DNA of 64,000 nt from Peribolospora baueri (Eukaryota): assembly GCA_029717555.1 (NCBI GenBank), contig JAMDHS010000005.1, forward strand, positions 372,001 through 436,000, read 5' to 3'. A model generated the notes under the pieces. It was not told the DNA's origin, did not search any database, and worked only from the letters and a program-made list of their open reading frames with translations. The first letter of the stretch is position 1; the number at the start of each line of letters is the position of its first letter. The translations under genes were made by a program, and so were the position numbers. This document shows, piece by piece, positions 1 through 13,533 of this stretch.

Positions 1-62
1 AACAAAAATAACAACAAGAGACAGAGCAGAGCTTCCGGACGCGGCGCTGCAACGCCGTCCCG

Positions 63-1812
63 TCACGCGTCTTGGGCCAAGGTCGACACCGCTCGCTTTG
101 CAGCAAGCGCCTCGCGACGGCTGGTCGACGCGGGGTCGAGGTAGGGCTTATTAAAAGTGAAGCGAGGAAGCGAGCGGAGGTTAGAAAGAAGTTTGACGAG
201 ACGCCCCTGCCCGTCTCTTTTCCTTCCTTCCACGCACCTTCTCGCCGACACCAACGGCCCTCGCACCCGTGCGCTTTCCGAGGTGGTCGTAGTCGGGCCT
301 ACAAGTTTTACGGGGAGAAGAGAGAAAGTCATGCACCAGCCATCGGTCGTCATCCCGTGGTACGGCACTATCAAGAGATGCTCACGTCGCTGCGTGGTAA
401 ACGCTACGATTGTCCCAGATCCTGATGATCGGGACAAATCAAAAAAAGAAAAAGACATAGGAAGGTCAGGCGGTAGGAAAGAAAAAAAAAGTCTACACGG
501 AGAAAGAGACCGGCTGGCCAGCCACTTACGCGAGATCATTCTTGTTCCACTTGAGCCTGACTTGCAGGTCGTGGTTGTGAACGACGAGCGCCTCAAAGTA
601 CTTCAAGAGCTTCTCGCTCTCGAATGGCGTCAGGCCGTCCAGGTGCGAGACGTGATGTCCAAACCCGAAGATGCTCTTCCACCCGGTCACCGGGTTGGTC
701 CGAACGACGGGATGCTTCGCTTCGAGGACCTCGCCCACATTCAAAGGCGAGCCGCGAGGTTGGGTGTAAAGCTCGAAGCCGGCTCGGGCGGCCGTTTCGT
801 TGAATTTGGGCTGGGCGTAGGTCGCCGTGAGGGTGTCGAGAAAGGCGCGGACGGGAGCGCTGATCCGGTCGTAGACTTCGTAACCGGACGCCCAGAGCGT
901 GTCACCGCCAGCTGTGGAGGAGATCACGAGGGTGATTTGGACGTGAGATGTCCCAAACTTGACCGAGACATCAGAGGTTTCAAAGCGGCTCCTCACTTTC
1001 AGGCAGCGTATGAACCTTGAGGATAGAGTAATCGGCAGGGACGGGCTCGAACGTGATGCTGGGAACCAAAGCGCACTAGGCATGCGTCCAGCTATCTCGA
1101 CAAATCTCCAAGCGCTCCGTCCCCAAAAGACCAACTCACTCGGAATGCCACTCGTCGCTCAAAAACTTCCTGTCCCCCCAGCCATACGTCAGTCTCCTCT
1201 CGCTGCTGATCACGCTGACCTCATTGTCCTTGTTCAAATCGCCACGCTCGTTGACGATGTCGCCGCGACCTCCGTTCGAGACGGGGTGGATGTGGAGGCC
1301 CGATTCGGCAGGCTTGTCGGTGAGATGGCCGAGAAGGTTTGCGAGTTCTTTTTGCTGGTCGATCTCGATGCTTTATGGAGCGACGAAAACGGACCGTCAG
1401 AAATGGGCACGGTGGTGCGCGGCTGTGTCTCGTGAAAGGAGGCGAAAGAGCACTCACCTTTGGTTACGGAAGAAGACGACGCCGCGCTCGCTGACTGTCG
1501 CAGAATAATTCCCCAACCTCAAACTTACTTTAGCTTTCGCACTATTCAAAGCGCTCCGGAGAATAGCGTAGCCAACATCGACCACACACCAGTGATAGCG
1601 AGGTCGCGAATCAGCTCGTCCTTGTTCTCTGCATTAAGCAGGTCAGTCAGCTGGACGTCAGGAAACTCGCGGCCGATTACGGGCGTCACGTCGAATGACC
1701 TGAACTGGTCCAGCACGCCCTTCTTCTGTAGCGGCTCCGAGCGGAGCTTGGCAGAGGCGGAAGGAGACACCAGAGTGGTTCGGGAGGAGGACACGTCGGC
1801 GGTGGGGGGCAT
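63..1812 (-). CDS. TauD/TfdA-family alpha-ketoglutarate-dependent dioxygenase (sulfonate/taurine dioxygenase-like), spliced
   Basis: Spliced exons give DVTPVIGREF, ERGVVFFRNQ, WHSD|ITFEPVP (HxD), GGDTLWASGY, HPVVRTNPVTGWK and IWDNRSVYHAAT (distal His). Ends ...STLAQDA*. Confidence 0.9.
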
Positions 1813-3548
1813 AGTTGCTGAATCAAAGATCAGATGGAAGCGCAAATGTGGAAAGGGTGAAGGTCAGGTGCGTTCGCCGACTGGAGTCAAGGAGTCTGAA
1901 GGACAGGACGGCCACTCTCGCCCGGCTTAAATACTTCGCTCGTCAACCTTGCTACAACTTGCTCTAGTACTTCGTACTGCGTCCTCTCTCCTTATTTCCA
2001 ACGTCTCCCAAGCTTGGGAGAAGAAATGGGCGCCGAGCGCACGCCTTCGCACGTCGTACTAAGTGGTGAGCACGCACAGAGCGTGTCTCTTCCGACAAGA
2101 ACCAAGCACCTTGGGCGATGTAAGGCACTTTCAACCGACTCCACGTATATCCGATTCTGTCGTGCGGCCAAAAAAAAGTAGAGACGTGAGGAACGAAGAG
2201 ATGCCGGATGTGCGTCGGTCGAAAAAGGAACTGCGCATCCCACAATGCACAGTCCGGTGGCACCATCCCCAAAATTTAGAGAGAGGTGAGGCACGGCTCG
2301 TAACTGCTATCTTGAGCAAGAGGAAGAAGTCGTCATCCAGGTCCTGTCTATTGACATCGCGGGGGCCCGTCGTCTGCTTTGGTGCTCCTGAACGCAAGCT
2401 CCTCCCATGCGTCGGACCTCGGCGTTGCCGCAGCCATGCGCGCTCTCCGATCGAGAGATAAGATAGAGTCTCATCGTGTTAACATCTTTCACCATCCAAC
2501 GCCCAAATTGCGTCCTCTCCCGTACTGCGCCTGTCGAAGGAAGAGCTTGGTCCAAGAAAGAAGGCGACTTGGTCATTGCGTCTGGACGTCGTCCGGATGG
2601 CGTGCTCGCGACGATAGCATGAGATTTCCAAGGCTGATCCGCCCCGCATGAGCCTCATGACCTTCACCTGTTCCGTTGCGGCCTTCGCCGTCCCCTTCTG
2701 TCGCTCTTTCCTTAATAGAACTATATAATTCTTATTCCTGGACGATCGGCAGTCGATTCGCTTCTTTATTCTTAGAAGTGGGGACGGAATGGAACTCGAT
2801 CGAGCCATAGCTAGTTCGCCAAATGGAGGCCGTCGGGAAGGGTCACCGCTTTCTGGTCGATGTAGGGAACAGCCTGTTACTATGGGCGGCGATCGAGGCC
2901 CACGCGTCATATAGTCGCACTACCGGAGGAAGGGAGAAAGAGGAATATACTTCAAAAGGCGATTCCTGCACTCGAAGCCCTCACGCAGTGCAACTGCAAC
3001 ATGATCCACCGCCACGGTGGACGACAAAAACGACATCTATGAATCCAACGATGCAATAGCGAGGAACCGACAGCAGGCTCGACAGAACCACAATAAGAGT
3101 CCGGTCTGATCTGATCGGGCAATTGTAGATGGGCTGAGAGGTGGTTTCGGACGCGGAGTTAAAGTGAGATGCGGTGATGGGAGATAGGCAATAGTACGAA
3201 AGCGGCGGTGAGTCGCTTGGGTGGACGGTGGCATCGACGAAAGTGTAAAGATGAGATGGGGACGGTGTCAAGAAGGAAACACGCTGGTAGCGTATCATCA
3301 ACGCTTGTGCAGCTGAAGAAAGAGAGGTCGACGTCCGATGTCACCCCGAACAGAGAGATGGGTGAATGGGTGAAAGCAGCAGCGATTCGAGCGGATGGGC
3401 ACCCATCTATCGCCTTGTCTCTTTCCCTCCCGTCTCAACGCAACAAGCTCTAAACGTGTTACGTAGGCGTGCACCACCCTCTATGTCTGCTCGTCGTTTC
3501 CCCGCTGCCCTATCGCCTCCGTCCAAACCCGCCACCGAGAAGCCTAGA

Positions 3549-4522
3549 TCATCGCGCCTCAGCGTCCTTCGCCCCTCCTGACTCCTTCCCAGTCCCCTCC
3601 GACCCAGTTGCTTCTTTACTGGTACCCTCTTTCGCCTCCGCCTCCTTCTGCCTGGCCGCCTCCCATTCCGCCTCGATCCTCTCCCTGGCGCGCACAACCT
3701 TGCTCTGGATGTAGAACGAGCCGCCTCCTAGACGCGGCGGCACCGTCGGGGGTTTCTCGTTCGGTTTTTGTCGAGAGGCAGAGGCGGAGGGCTTGGATGG
3801 TGGCGGTGCGGGCTCATTGACGGAGAAGAGGTGTTCGTAGTTCTTGAGGGTGAAACAAAGGAAGAAGGGAAGTCAGCCCGTCGTCGCGTGGAAGCGATTC
3901 GGTGAAAGCAAGGTCTGTGGTTATCTGATCGCAGTCGTACTCGAGACCAACTCACTTTCATCAATGACTCCAGTCCGTCGTCCTTATTCACGTTCAAGAT
4001 CTGCTGCGCCTCGGTGAGCGTCATGCGATGAGCCCGCGTGAGCTGGTCCGTGATGCTGTTCGACATTGCCTGGTTCGTGCCCGCCGCTGCTGCTGCTGCC
4101 CCTGCGGGCATATCTTGGCGCATTCGGGCGTCTGCAAAGAAGGGGAAGAGAGAAGGGAGGCGCGGATGAAGGAAAGAGAAAGTGCGAAGGAAAGCGAAGC
4201 AAGCCGGGTGAGCGAGAGACGAGCGTGGCAATGGAGACGAGCGGACTAGGAACGCGGGAATGGGAGCGCGTGAGATACGCACTTCGCGCTGCCTGCTTCC
4301 CGGCTTCTACGAAAGCCTTGCCGACGATGGTGGCGCCGACAAGGACGATCTGTGCGATGATCCTCGGTGCAGACTGCATGGGAAGGAGGGAGGGAAAGGA
4401 CAAGCGCCACCGAGGTATGGGAGCGGGTCGAAAGAGGGCGAGCGTCAGCGCAAACGAAAAGGCTGTAAAAGAGGACATCGGCGGGGGAGGCCCGCAAAAG
4501 GCGATCGCTGCCTGCTCACCAT
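3549..4522 (-). CDS. PAM16: Mitochondrial import motor J-like subunit Pam16/Tim16
   Basis: ATG-only first coding exon (4522-4520), then SAPRIIAQIVLVGATIVGKAFVEAGKQA, MTLTEAQQILNV, YEHLFSVN and GGSFYIQSKVVRARERIEAE. Confidence 0.9.
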
Positions 4523-5142
4523 GACGAAAGACAAAGGACGGGAGGGGGAAACGGGAGGGATGGACGAAATGGACGTCGAAACGGCACCCAGTTGAGGGCC
4601 GGACGAAGGAAGGAGCGCGGATCGAACAGACTGCGGCAACGAGCGGGTCGTGCGGGACGGCTTGCTCCGAGCGGGCGGAAGCCGATAGAAGGCCAGCTGG
4701 TCGGCTGGGCGAGAAGGCCTGGCTAGCAGAGTGGTGCTCCCTCTGTGCGGCTCACGGCCTGCGTCTTTCTCTTTCTCATCCACGGTGAGTGCGTCTGTCT
4801 CCAGCAATCTCCTGCTCGAGCCAAGGGACACATACTGCCTTCCAAGGCGCCGCCGTTTTTTGGGCAGAGGCGGTCAGCGCGCGTCGCTTTGGTACGACAA
4901 CGCGTCGACGCGACTGCGGCTGCAGATGGAGAGAAGAAGCGGACGAGTCGAAGCCGTATCCGGGCTTGGGTTGACGTCGTCACTATCACCGCCGTCCTCG
5001 TCGTCGTCATCCCCTCCACCATCCTCCTTCTTCGCTCGCTCCTCGTCCGTACGGCAGCACCTTCATCCTTCTCCCCGCCTCTCCGCGTCTCACGGTCTCC
5101 CGACGGATCAGAGAAGGAGAGACCGAGGCCTAGGCTGGCGAG

Positions 5143-6505
5143 ATGACGCAGTCGCAGCAGCAACAGGCGACGTACGAGGACTATGTGGATCGGTGAGTGA
5201 TGGCGTCTGAATCTCGGTTGCTCGGTCGACCCCGTCGTGCGCTGGTGAGGCAGTTGCGCGCCTCTCTCGTCGCCTAGCCGCCCTCCCGGCCGGTCGCCCG
5301 GCTTCGGTCTCTTCGTCGCTTTCGTCTCATTCGCCTTGCTAGTATTCCCCAGTTGGGAGCATAGACGGACGAAGATGCTGTCTGTGGTAAAGCTTTGTTT
5401 TGCAGTGGGGCACGAAGCGCTAACGGGATCCAATTTCCCTTCTCTACGTCTCTCTGGTCTCTGGTTTTCGTTTGTTTACTTGACCGGTCATATAGGATCC
5501 ACTATTCTGAAAAATACTCTGACGACCTTTGGGAGTACCGGTGAGGGGGGAAGCCTTTTTGTTTGCGCACTACATGTCGCATCTTTCTGCTCGGTCTACC
5601 GACTGGCAGAATCGTTGGCTAACGTCATATTCTCTTTTAACGCCTCCTTTCTACACACGCCTGCCGGTTTGCCGCTTCCACCGCATCGCGTCCCCCGCAT
5701 TGCATCGCACTGCACCTCGACTTTCATTCTGTTCTTCCCACCCATACCAGCCACGTGATCCTCCCAAAACCGATGCTCAAGCTGATCCCTAAGACCTACT
5801 TCGACCCAGACGAGCCTGGAGTGCTGCGCATCCTCAGTGACTCGGAATGGCGCGGGATTGGTATCACCCAAAGCTTGGGGTGGGAGCATTATGAGGTACA
5901 TGGTGAGTTTTCTGGGGATCCGGACGGGGAAGAGGCGACTCCGATGGCAATGGCACCCAAAAGAAAGGGTGGCTTGTTTGCCGGTTCCGGAGTTTCTCCT
6001 GCAGACGCCTGCCCTTGGCTGCGGAAAGGCCCATACGAAGGCGGACAGTTTTCTGCGCTTCCCTGCACATACACTTGCATCTGACTCTGAACATCAGGAG
6101 GAAACGAGAACGCGAATGCTGAACGCTTCCGACGCTCCTCCCTATCCCCTACCCGCTTCGCCATTGCCCGCACCCTTTCTACATCTTCACAGCGCCAGAG
6201 CCGCATATCCTCTTGTTCCGAAGGGAAAAGAATTACCAGGAAAAGGTGAGCTTGAGCTTTTGCTTTCTTCCGTCGTTCCTTTGGAGTGTTCCGGCGGCTT
6301 CCACAAGGATCTGTGCTGTTGGGTATACGAAATCACCTCGTCTCGCCTCGAACGGCTGGGCGAATGGGTGTTTTCGTTTGCCTTGGCTTCATAATGGCGT
6401 CCTGACTCTTCCTCGCTTCTTGACCTCTCCTCTGATTGTGACCGCTGAACCACCGCCATGGAACAGTACGGCAACCAGGGCAAGCCAGTCGCAGCAAAGA
6501 AGTGA
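5143..6505 (+). CDS. CKS1: Cyclin-dependent kinase regulatory subunit Cks1/Suc1
   Basis: Five exons: ...[33 protein letters not shown]...[48 protein letters not shown]. Confidence 0.93.
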
Positions 6506-7719
6506 GGTGATCGCGTCGGCCTGTGACCCCTAGGGGAGGGTTCTGCGCATGCATTGGACAGTTGAACGAAAATAACCGGCAAACGAACGAGAACGAGGAA
6601 GGTCTTCGTACCGGCTGGAGAAGGAGCGGAAGATGTCGGTGCGGAGGGCGACAGACGGACAGTCACGAATCCGGGCGAGGATGCGCGGAGGTGGGCAGGC
6701 AGGAAGGGAGAGCATGGCTGGACTGGACCGGAAAGCCGAGCTGGCGTCACGTGGCGGACAGACGTGGCGGGCAGCTATGGATCGTACGTAACCTTTCCTC
6801 CTTGGACGCGTTCCTTCCGACATTCGACACTCTTTTACCCTCCTCGGACGCTCTAGAGCATGTGGCTTTCCTCTCGATACGCCTTTCTCTTTTCTTCCCT
6901 CTCCTTTCACCGCCTTCATCTTTCTCTCTTCCCGTCAGTAGGCTGCAGCATTCGTCCCGTTCGGCCCTCCTTTTCTCTTTTATGTTTCTTTCCCCACTCG
7001 AGTTCTCCATCCTATCTCTTCCAAGCAACGCCAGAACAAAAGCAGGAGCCGACATGTCCTCGTCCATGCCTTTTTTACTCTATTCCTGTCAGTTAATCAA
7101 ATTGCCAATGATTAGCCGGAAGGTCCAATGTCTCGTCATATCGTGAGAGCCACAGACGCGGTCGTCGCTCGGTTCCTCTGTCACACCCAACAGTTCTTTC
7201 TTATTGATACCGTGTCACACAGATCGACAAATACATGGGGTGAGCACAGTCCGGACGAATCCCGACGTCTAGTCCCTGAGCGGGAGCTTGCTCTCCTCAA
7301 CGAGGATGCTTTTATTTTTCTTCTCTGCTCTCCTGCTGCTAGAATATGACGGGGCAATGTCAGCTTTCGGATCAGCCTAATCGTTCTCAACTGAAAAAAC
7401 GTCGTTACGACGTCGACCCCGTGCGTGCCGACAAACGCTTCCTTCACCCTCGTAGACAGCTCTTTCCCCTCTGCCCTCCTTTTACGTCCAACAAACAACA
7501 TTCCACAGCGCCGTGCCCTTCTCCACCTTCCGTTCGCTCGTCAGACGTGCACCCGTCTCTTCCAGGTAGGGTCTGAATCCCCGCTGTGCCCTCGCCTCGT
7601 TTCGCTCCCCAGCGAGCTAGCGTCGCGTCGTCCGCGTCAAGCGTCAAGCCCTTGATGCGGCTCGTCGCCATCTTCCTCTCGACACTTCTTTTCCTTCCGA
7701 AATGACCGTGTCATAGCGC

Positions 7720-7743
7720 GTGTGTGTGTGTGTGTATGTGTGC
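7720..7743. repeat. (GT)n microsatellite
   Basis: gtgtgtgtgtgtgtgtatgtgtgt run visible directly. Confidence 0.85.
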
Positions 7744-8212
7744 ACTTTACCAACCGTCCGCCCCATCATATTTTCCCCGTCTCGTGGTTTAAGGCCGAGC
7801 CGCCCGTGTCATCCATTCTCTCCCCTTCTCCGTCCCAGCTTTCCGTCTCGTTTTTTACACCGTCTTCTTGCTCCTCCTGGCCGCTGACGCGAGCATCCGA
7901 CAGCGGAATCCTCAATCCAGCCCCGTCGTCGATCGACCCATCCAGTGCACCTGGCTGCCCCGTTCCTCTCGTCCCTCCCCCCGTCGACGTTCCTCTGACT
8001 CAACAGCAGACATGAGGAGGGAACGCATGTATAGATAGGCGACCCCCGATTTCACCGCGTCGACCGAAAGGAAAATCGCAAAATGGCAGAAGCGGGATGG
8101 GAAAACGGGCTCGCTTGGCTTGTTCATGCCGGACATTGTACAGAACATGGCGCCCGTCCCCCATCATCATCTCTCCGCGCCGCATCTTCCACAACCCCCA
8201 GTCCGCGCCGCC

Positions 8213-10316
8213 TCAGTTGCTCTCCTCGTAGAATTTCAACAGGTCCTTCACGTCCTCCTTGCTCCCCAAGAACACCGGCGTCCTCTGATGGATGTTCTCC
8301 GGCTGCACGTCCAGGATCCGACCCCTGCCCGTGGTGGCCAGGCCTCCGGCTTGCTCGGTGAGAAAGGCCATAGGGAAGCCTTCGTAGAGCAGGCGGAGCT
8401 TGCCCGACTTGGACTTCTTGTCGTCGGGGTACCTGTCGGGAGGGAGGGGGCGATGGGAATGGGTCCATCGATGAGCGTGTCCAGCGTTAGCATCAGCCGC
8501 GCCGTTTCTTCCCCTTCGATCAGCTCGCAGACCGGGTAGAACCGGGTCGAATCGACTCGGAAGCGTCTGGCTCGCTCACCCAAAAATGCCACCATAGAGC
8601 AAGGTACGGTGAACGTCAGCGACCATGGAGCCGATGTATCGGGCGGAGTAGGGGCTCTTTCCATCGGGCGGGTTCTTGATCGAGTCGAGGTACTTGATCA
8701 CGGGCTCGTAGAAGTACTTGGAGTTGCCTTCGTTGACTGGGGTGGATGGGAAGGAGATGGTAAGGGGAAGAGGAGGACGGAGACGAGGGAAGGAAGGAAC
8801 GGCGGAGTAAGTCGTCATGTCCCCTACGAATGACAGAAGAGAGCGTCGGATCGCCGGGCTGAGAGCGTCTCGAGGCAAAAACTCACAGGAGTAGATCTTG
8901 CCGCGATCGGGAATGGTAATGTTAGGGTGAGTGAGGATGAACTCGCCGAGCGACTGCCACGCCGATGAAGAGGGAAGGAAAGGGGCGGCGGCGACGGTTC
9001 AGCGCTGACGCTTCCATAAGACCAGAGAGTCGCGCGTATGCGACGGAGAAAGGGTCTCACGTTGTCGAGCGTGTAGCCGTTGACGCCGTTTCCGGTCGAA
9101 AGGACGAGGTTAGCCGAAGAGCCGTACCTGACCGCGGCGAGAGCGGCGAGCAAGCGTGGCGGAGAGGGAAGAGAGGGCCGTCAGAACATACAAAGGCATC
9201 ATCTGACCTCCGTGCCACCATGCAAATCAACCAAAGAAAAATAGGCCCTCGGTCGGTCCGCTCACATGGTATAGCCGGCAACCACCATCTCGCGCCCTGG
9301 CCGGAGAACGTCTTGGACGTCACCCTTTGAGCCGGGCCTCTGTACGAGCAAAGCCAAATGGGGGTCCAATGGGGGGCGTCCACGTCAGTCAGCGTTCGAT
9401 CACACGACGGAGGCTTGGGGGACGAGCGAGCGCTCGGGCGACACACTACTGACGACGAGGTAAATGCCAAAGATGGTGCCAATGTTGACGCCAGCATCGA
9501 TGTTGCTGCTTCCGTCGAGCGGGTCGAAGACGACGCAGTACTTGCCCGTACCGTCTCCGCCCTTGTCACTGTTGTCGACAATGATGGCGTCCTCGTTCTC
9601 CTCCGAGACGAGCACGGCCGTTTTGCCGGACGCCTTGAGCGCCTTGATCATGATCTCGTTCGAGAGCACGTCAAGCTTCTTCTGTTCCTCGCCCTGCACG
9701 TTCTGCTCGCCCGCCAGGCCGACGCTGTTCGTTCGGCAAAAAAAAAGGTCGTTCCGTTATTCGTTCGTGCGCACAGGGGGAGGGCACGGCACGGACGGCT
9801 CGCACACATTCCAAGTTCCTAACCGACGCGATCGTGCTCACAGGTTGATCAGCCTGGCCTTGCGGACATTGTTCTCGATGAACTTGCTGTGAAGGGAGTC
9901 GGCGCGATGTTGATGTGGTGCGTTGACGGACGTCAGTGTCTCAAGAGATGTGCTTCATTCGTGAGCCAACGATGCGCGTCTACTCTACCGGACCGGTCCG
10001 CCCCCCCACACATGCACACATGGGGTCCCCGGCCTCCCCCGCCGGCCCTTCACGACACGCCAACTCCCTCCCCCTCCCCCTCCCCTCGACCGGGCCCGTT
10101 CACCCACTTACCATCCATCCATCCAACCATTCGCCCCTTCCCCACCGCACCGCACCGCACGCACCACACAACTCACCACGTAGTCTGAAGAGCGCTGAGC
10201 AAAAGCGTCAAATCTCCGCTCGCGCCGCTCTCCTTCTGGGCCTTGAAGCCCTCTTGGAGGACGTGCCTGGTGAGGGTGATGAGGTCCACATCTTTGGCCG
10301 AGGGTTCATTCTCCAT
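8213..10316 (-). CDS. FBP1: Fructose-1,6-bisphosphatase (class I)
   Basis: [72 protein letters not shown] and [14 protein letters not shown]. Ends KFYEESN*. Confidence 0.96.
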
Positions 10317-11045
10317 CGTCGTTGTCGGTTTGGTCTGTGTGGGTGGTGTGTAAGGGTGTCTAGAGTGGGTAGAAGGCGGAGGGAAAGCGAAGGGGCGGTC
10401 GCCTGAGACGACCTATGTTCTCTCTGTCCGGACAACCCCCGCCGTCTCTCCCCCCGCCGCGCTGATCGATCACCACCCGTCACGAGCAAACTCGTCCCGC
10501 CCTCCGTCCGAATTCTCCCGCCGGCCTCACCGGCCTCTTCCGCGCCGTCCAAACCGCCGAGCTTCCGATTTGAACGCCGACGACGGGTTCATCCAGGACC
10601 AGAAGGTCTAACAGAGACGACGAGCAAAGTGAATCCGTTCACGCCTACCGTTCCATGCTTACTTACCCGGGACAAGCGAGCGACAGGCGACATGCCTCCT
10701 CCTCCCCCCACCAATCTCTCTCAGCGCCGTCATCCTGCCCAGCACCAGCAACGCAAAGCGACTGAACGAACTGCGGGTGTTTGTATGCGTACATGCATGT
10801 AAAACTGCGTGTTATTCATTCATTCTTGTGAGGGTGCGGGCAGGCGAGCGAACGACGAGCGAGGACTCGGTTTAGCGCTGTCAAAGGACGGGGGGCCTTT
10901 ACGACCGATGAATGGATGAACGCGGAGGCGGACACATGAGGAGCGCTGCATGGAGCCAAGGAGCGAGGGATCGATCGCCGGGCGACGGGGGCAGGGAGGA
11001 GATCGGACGGGAAAGCAATATCTAGAAAGGAGGCCTCGGCGAGGC

Positions 11046-13533
11046 TTAGGCGACGTAGGTCGACGCGGAGACGTTGCCGCCCCTTCCGGTCCAGTTGATG
11101 TCTGTGTAGACGGAAGCGGGGGAGACAGGGAAGAGCGGTCAGGAGAGGAAATCTTGGCGTCCAAGTAAGTCGCGGCGAAAGGGAGGAATAGAGCGAAAGC
11201 TGCCACTTACGGACGTCCTTGTCGGCGGGGAGGTGCTCGTTGGCGGCCTCGGGAAGGACGCGGAAGGTGTGAGCGCCGAAGTAGTCGCGCTGGGCCTGGA
11301 TCAGGTTGGCGGGCAAGCGCTCGGTGCGGTAGCCGTCGAAGAAGGCGAGCGCGGTCGAGAAGGCGGGCGTAGGGATACCCCACAGGGTGCCCTGGGCGAT
11401 GACGCGCCTCCAGCCAGGCTGGGCGTCGTGGATGGCCTTGTTGAAAAAGTCGTCGAAGAGAAGGTTCTCCAACTGCGGGTTCTTGCGGAACGCAGAGGTG
11501 ATGTCCTTGAGGAAGACGGAGCGGATGATGCAGCCGCCGCGCCACATGAGCGCGATCGACGGCATGTTGAGGTTCCACCTGTGTGTGCCACGGAGATGAG
11601 TCAAGCAACGATCATCGGGGTCAGCCGAGCCGACGGAAAGCGGGGAATCCAGACTGGATGCGCGTACGTACTTGTACTCCTTAGCGGCCTCCCTCATGAG
11701 CATGAAGCCCTGAGCGTAAGAGATGATCTTGGACGCGTACAATGCCTGCTCGAGGTCGTCGATGAACTGCTGCTTATCGCCCTTGAAGGGCTCAATCTGC
11801 GGTCCACCGAGCCGCTTGGACGCGCGCACACGCTCGTCCTTGATCGCGGACAGGCAGCGAGCGAACACGGCCTCGCCGATAAGCGTGACGGGCATGCCGA
11901 GATCGAGGGCGTTCTGAGGGGTGAGGATGGAGGATGACACCGGAACCGATCCGACCAGCGGTGAGATGGCGAACCCGTCAGCGAATCGAAGTAAGTCGCT
12001 CAGCGACGGACACTCACGATCGCGGTCCACTTGCCAGTGCCCTTCTGGCCGGCCTGGTCGAGAATTTTGGCGACGAGGGGCGTGCCATCGTCGTCATCGT
12101 ACTTGAGAATGTCCCGACTGCAACGAGGAGGGGAAAACAAACGCAGATACCGTGAGCGCCCCGTCGTCACCCACAGACACGTGTTCACGATCCGCCGACG
12201 ACACGAGTGGGACCGGCGGGACCAAAGTGCTCACGTAATCTCGATGAGGAAAGAGTCGAGAACGCCCTTGTTCCACTTGTCGAAGATCTCCGAGATTTCC
12301 TTCTCCTTAAGGCCAAGGCCGCGCTTGAGGATGTCGTACGCCTCGGCAATGAGCTCCATGTCGCCTGCAGTTCATTCGAAATGGGGACAGGAGAAAGGCA
12401 GAAGGGAACGGTGCGAGGGCGAGCCAAGTGAGGATCAGACGCCATTCTGCCGACGTCGGACGAAACGGGCCGGAAAACGCCTGCTCACCGTACTCGATAC
12501 CGTTGTGGACCACTGCAAGGTGAGGAATAAAGAAGGGAAATAAAAAGAAAAGAGAGTCAGCAGCCGCGGTCGGTGATCGGTGGGAAACGCATAATCCTGT
12601 CCTGTAAGCAAAGACGAAGGGCACGTACTCTTGACGTAGTGACCGGCACCACCCTGACCGACCCAGTCGCAGCAAGGCTCTCCGTCCGACTTGGCAGCGG
12701 TCTTCTGGAAGATCTCCTTGATGTGAGGCCAGGCGGCATCGGAACCGCCGGGCATGAGGGAGGGGCCATAGCGAGCGCCTTCCTCACCGCCGGAGACGCC
12801 GGAGCCGACGAAGAGGAAGCCCTGTGCCTCCAGCTCCTTGGCGCGGCGCTCCGAGTCGGGGAAGTGCGAGTTTCCGCCGTCGATGATGATGTCGCCCTTC
12901 TCGAGGTGGGGGAGAAGCTGCTGGATGAAGGCGTCGACGGCGGGGCCGGCCTTGACGAGAAGGATGATCTTGCGCGGGCGCTTGAGCTTGGAGACGAACT
13001 CCTCGACCGAGTGGGCGCCCACGACCTTGGTGCCTGGGGAGGGTGACGAGGAAGGAAGGAAATGACGAGCGAAGGTGGTGTGAGCGGGCCGACGAACGAA
13101 ATGCGAGACACACCGGATGGCCGGACCGGGGCCGATCAGGGAGCGAAGGGGGCGATCGAAGAGGCGAGCGAGCCGACTGTGGGACTAGGACTCACCCTTG
13201 GCCTCGTTGGCGAGGAAGTGATCCACCTTCGAGACGGTGCGGTTGTAGGCGCAGACGACGAAGCCCTTGTCGTTCATGTTGAGGATGAGGTTTTGGCCCT
13301 GCGACGAGGAAGGAGGCCGGGGTGAGCATGAAGAGGAAGAGATGAGGGAGAGAGAGAGACTGGCGGTTAGGCGCCGGCGCGGGCCTGCCTGTCTTGTGTG
13401 CTCACCATGACGGCCAGGCCGATGAGGCCAATGTCAGCACTGCGAGGAGAGCATGGGCGGGGGTGAGCGAGAGCGAAGTCTGTCGGACGGAGAGGAGCGA
13501 CTCCATCCACTCCACTCACACAGCCTGAGACAT
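11046..13533 (-). CDS. GND1: 6-phosphogluconate dehydrogenase, decarboxylating
   Basis: [89 protein letters not shown] and [18 protein letters not shown]. Confidence 0.97.

Noticed and set aside
1..65. TauD stop context TGA CGG with an open frame downstream
   Set aside because: The frame runs off the window, so readthrough to a targeting signal cannot be evaluated.
1813..3548. 1.7-kb gap upstream of TauD as a hidden gene or sulfur-regulated promoter
   Set aside because: No coherent exon chain and no clear Cys3/MetR palindrome found by eye.
6802..7146. Frame reading (L)DAFLPTFDTL... and ending ...QCLVIS*, reminiscent of a basidiomycete lipopeptide pheromone precursor
   Set aside because: It starts with TTG rather than ATG, the Cys is at -5 so there is no CAAX box, it is too long, and no STE3 or other MAT-linked gene is in the window.
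10816..11210. Cryptic peroxisomal isoform of GND1 (also checked FBP1, SAE2 and PAM16) by stop readthrough or alternative splicing
   Set aside because: None has the TGA-CTA readthrough context. For GND1, FBP1 and SAE2 the extensions or alternative frames I translated do not end in a PTS1-like tripeptide.
11233..11937. Long antisense ORFs opposite GND1 (also 12573-13046), PHO81 (28292-29803), TauD (157-1020) and CENP-C (38584-39432)
   Set aside because: Expected shadow ORFs from high GC3 codon bias, with no recognisable domains.
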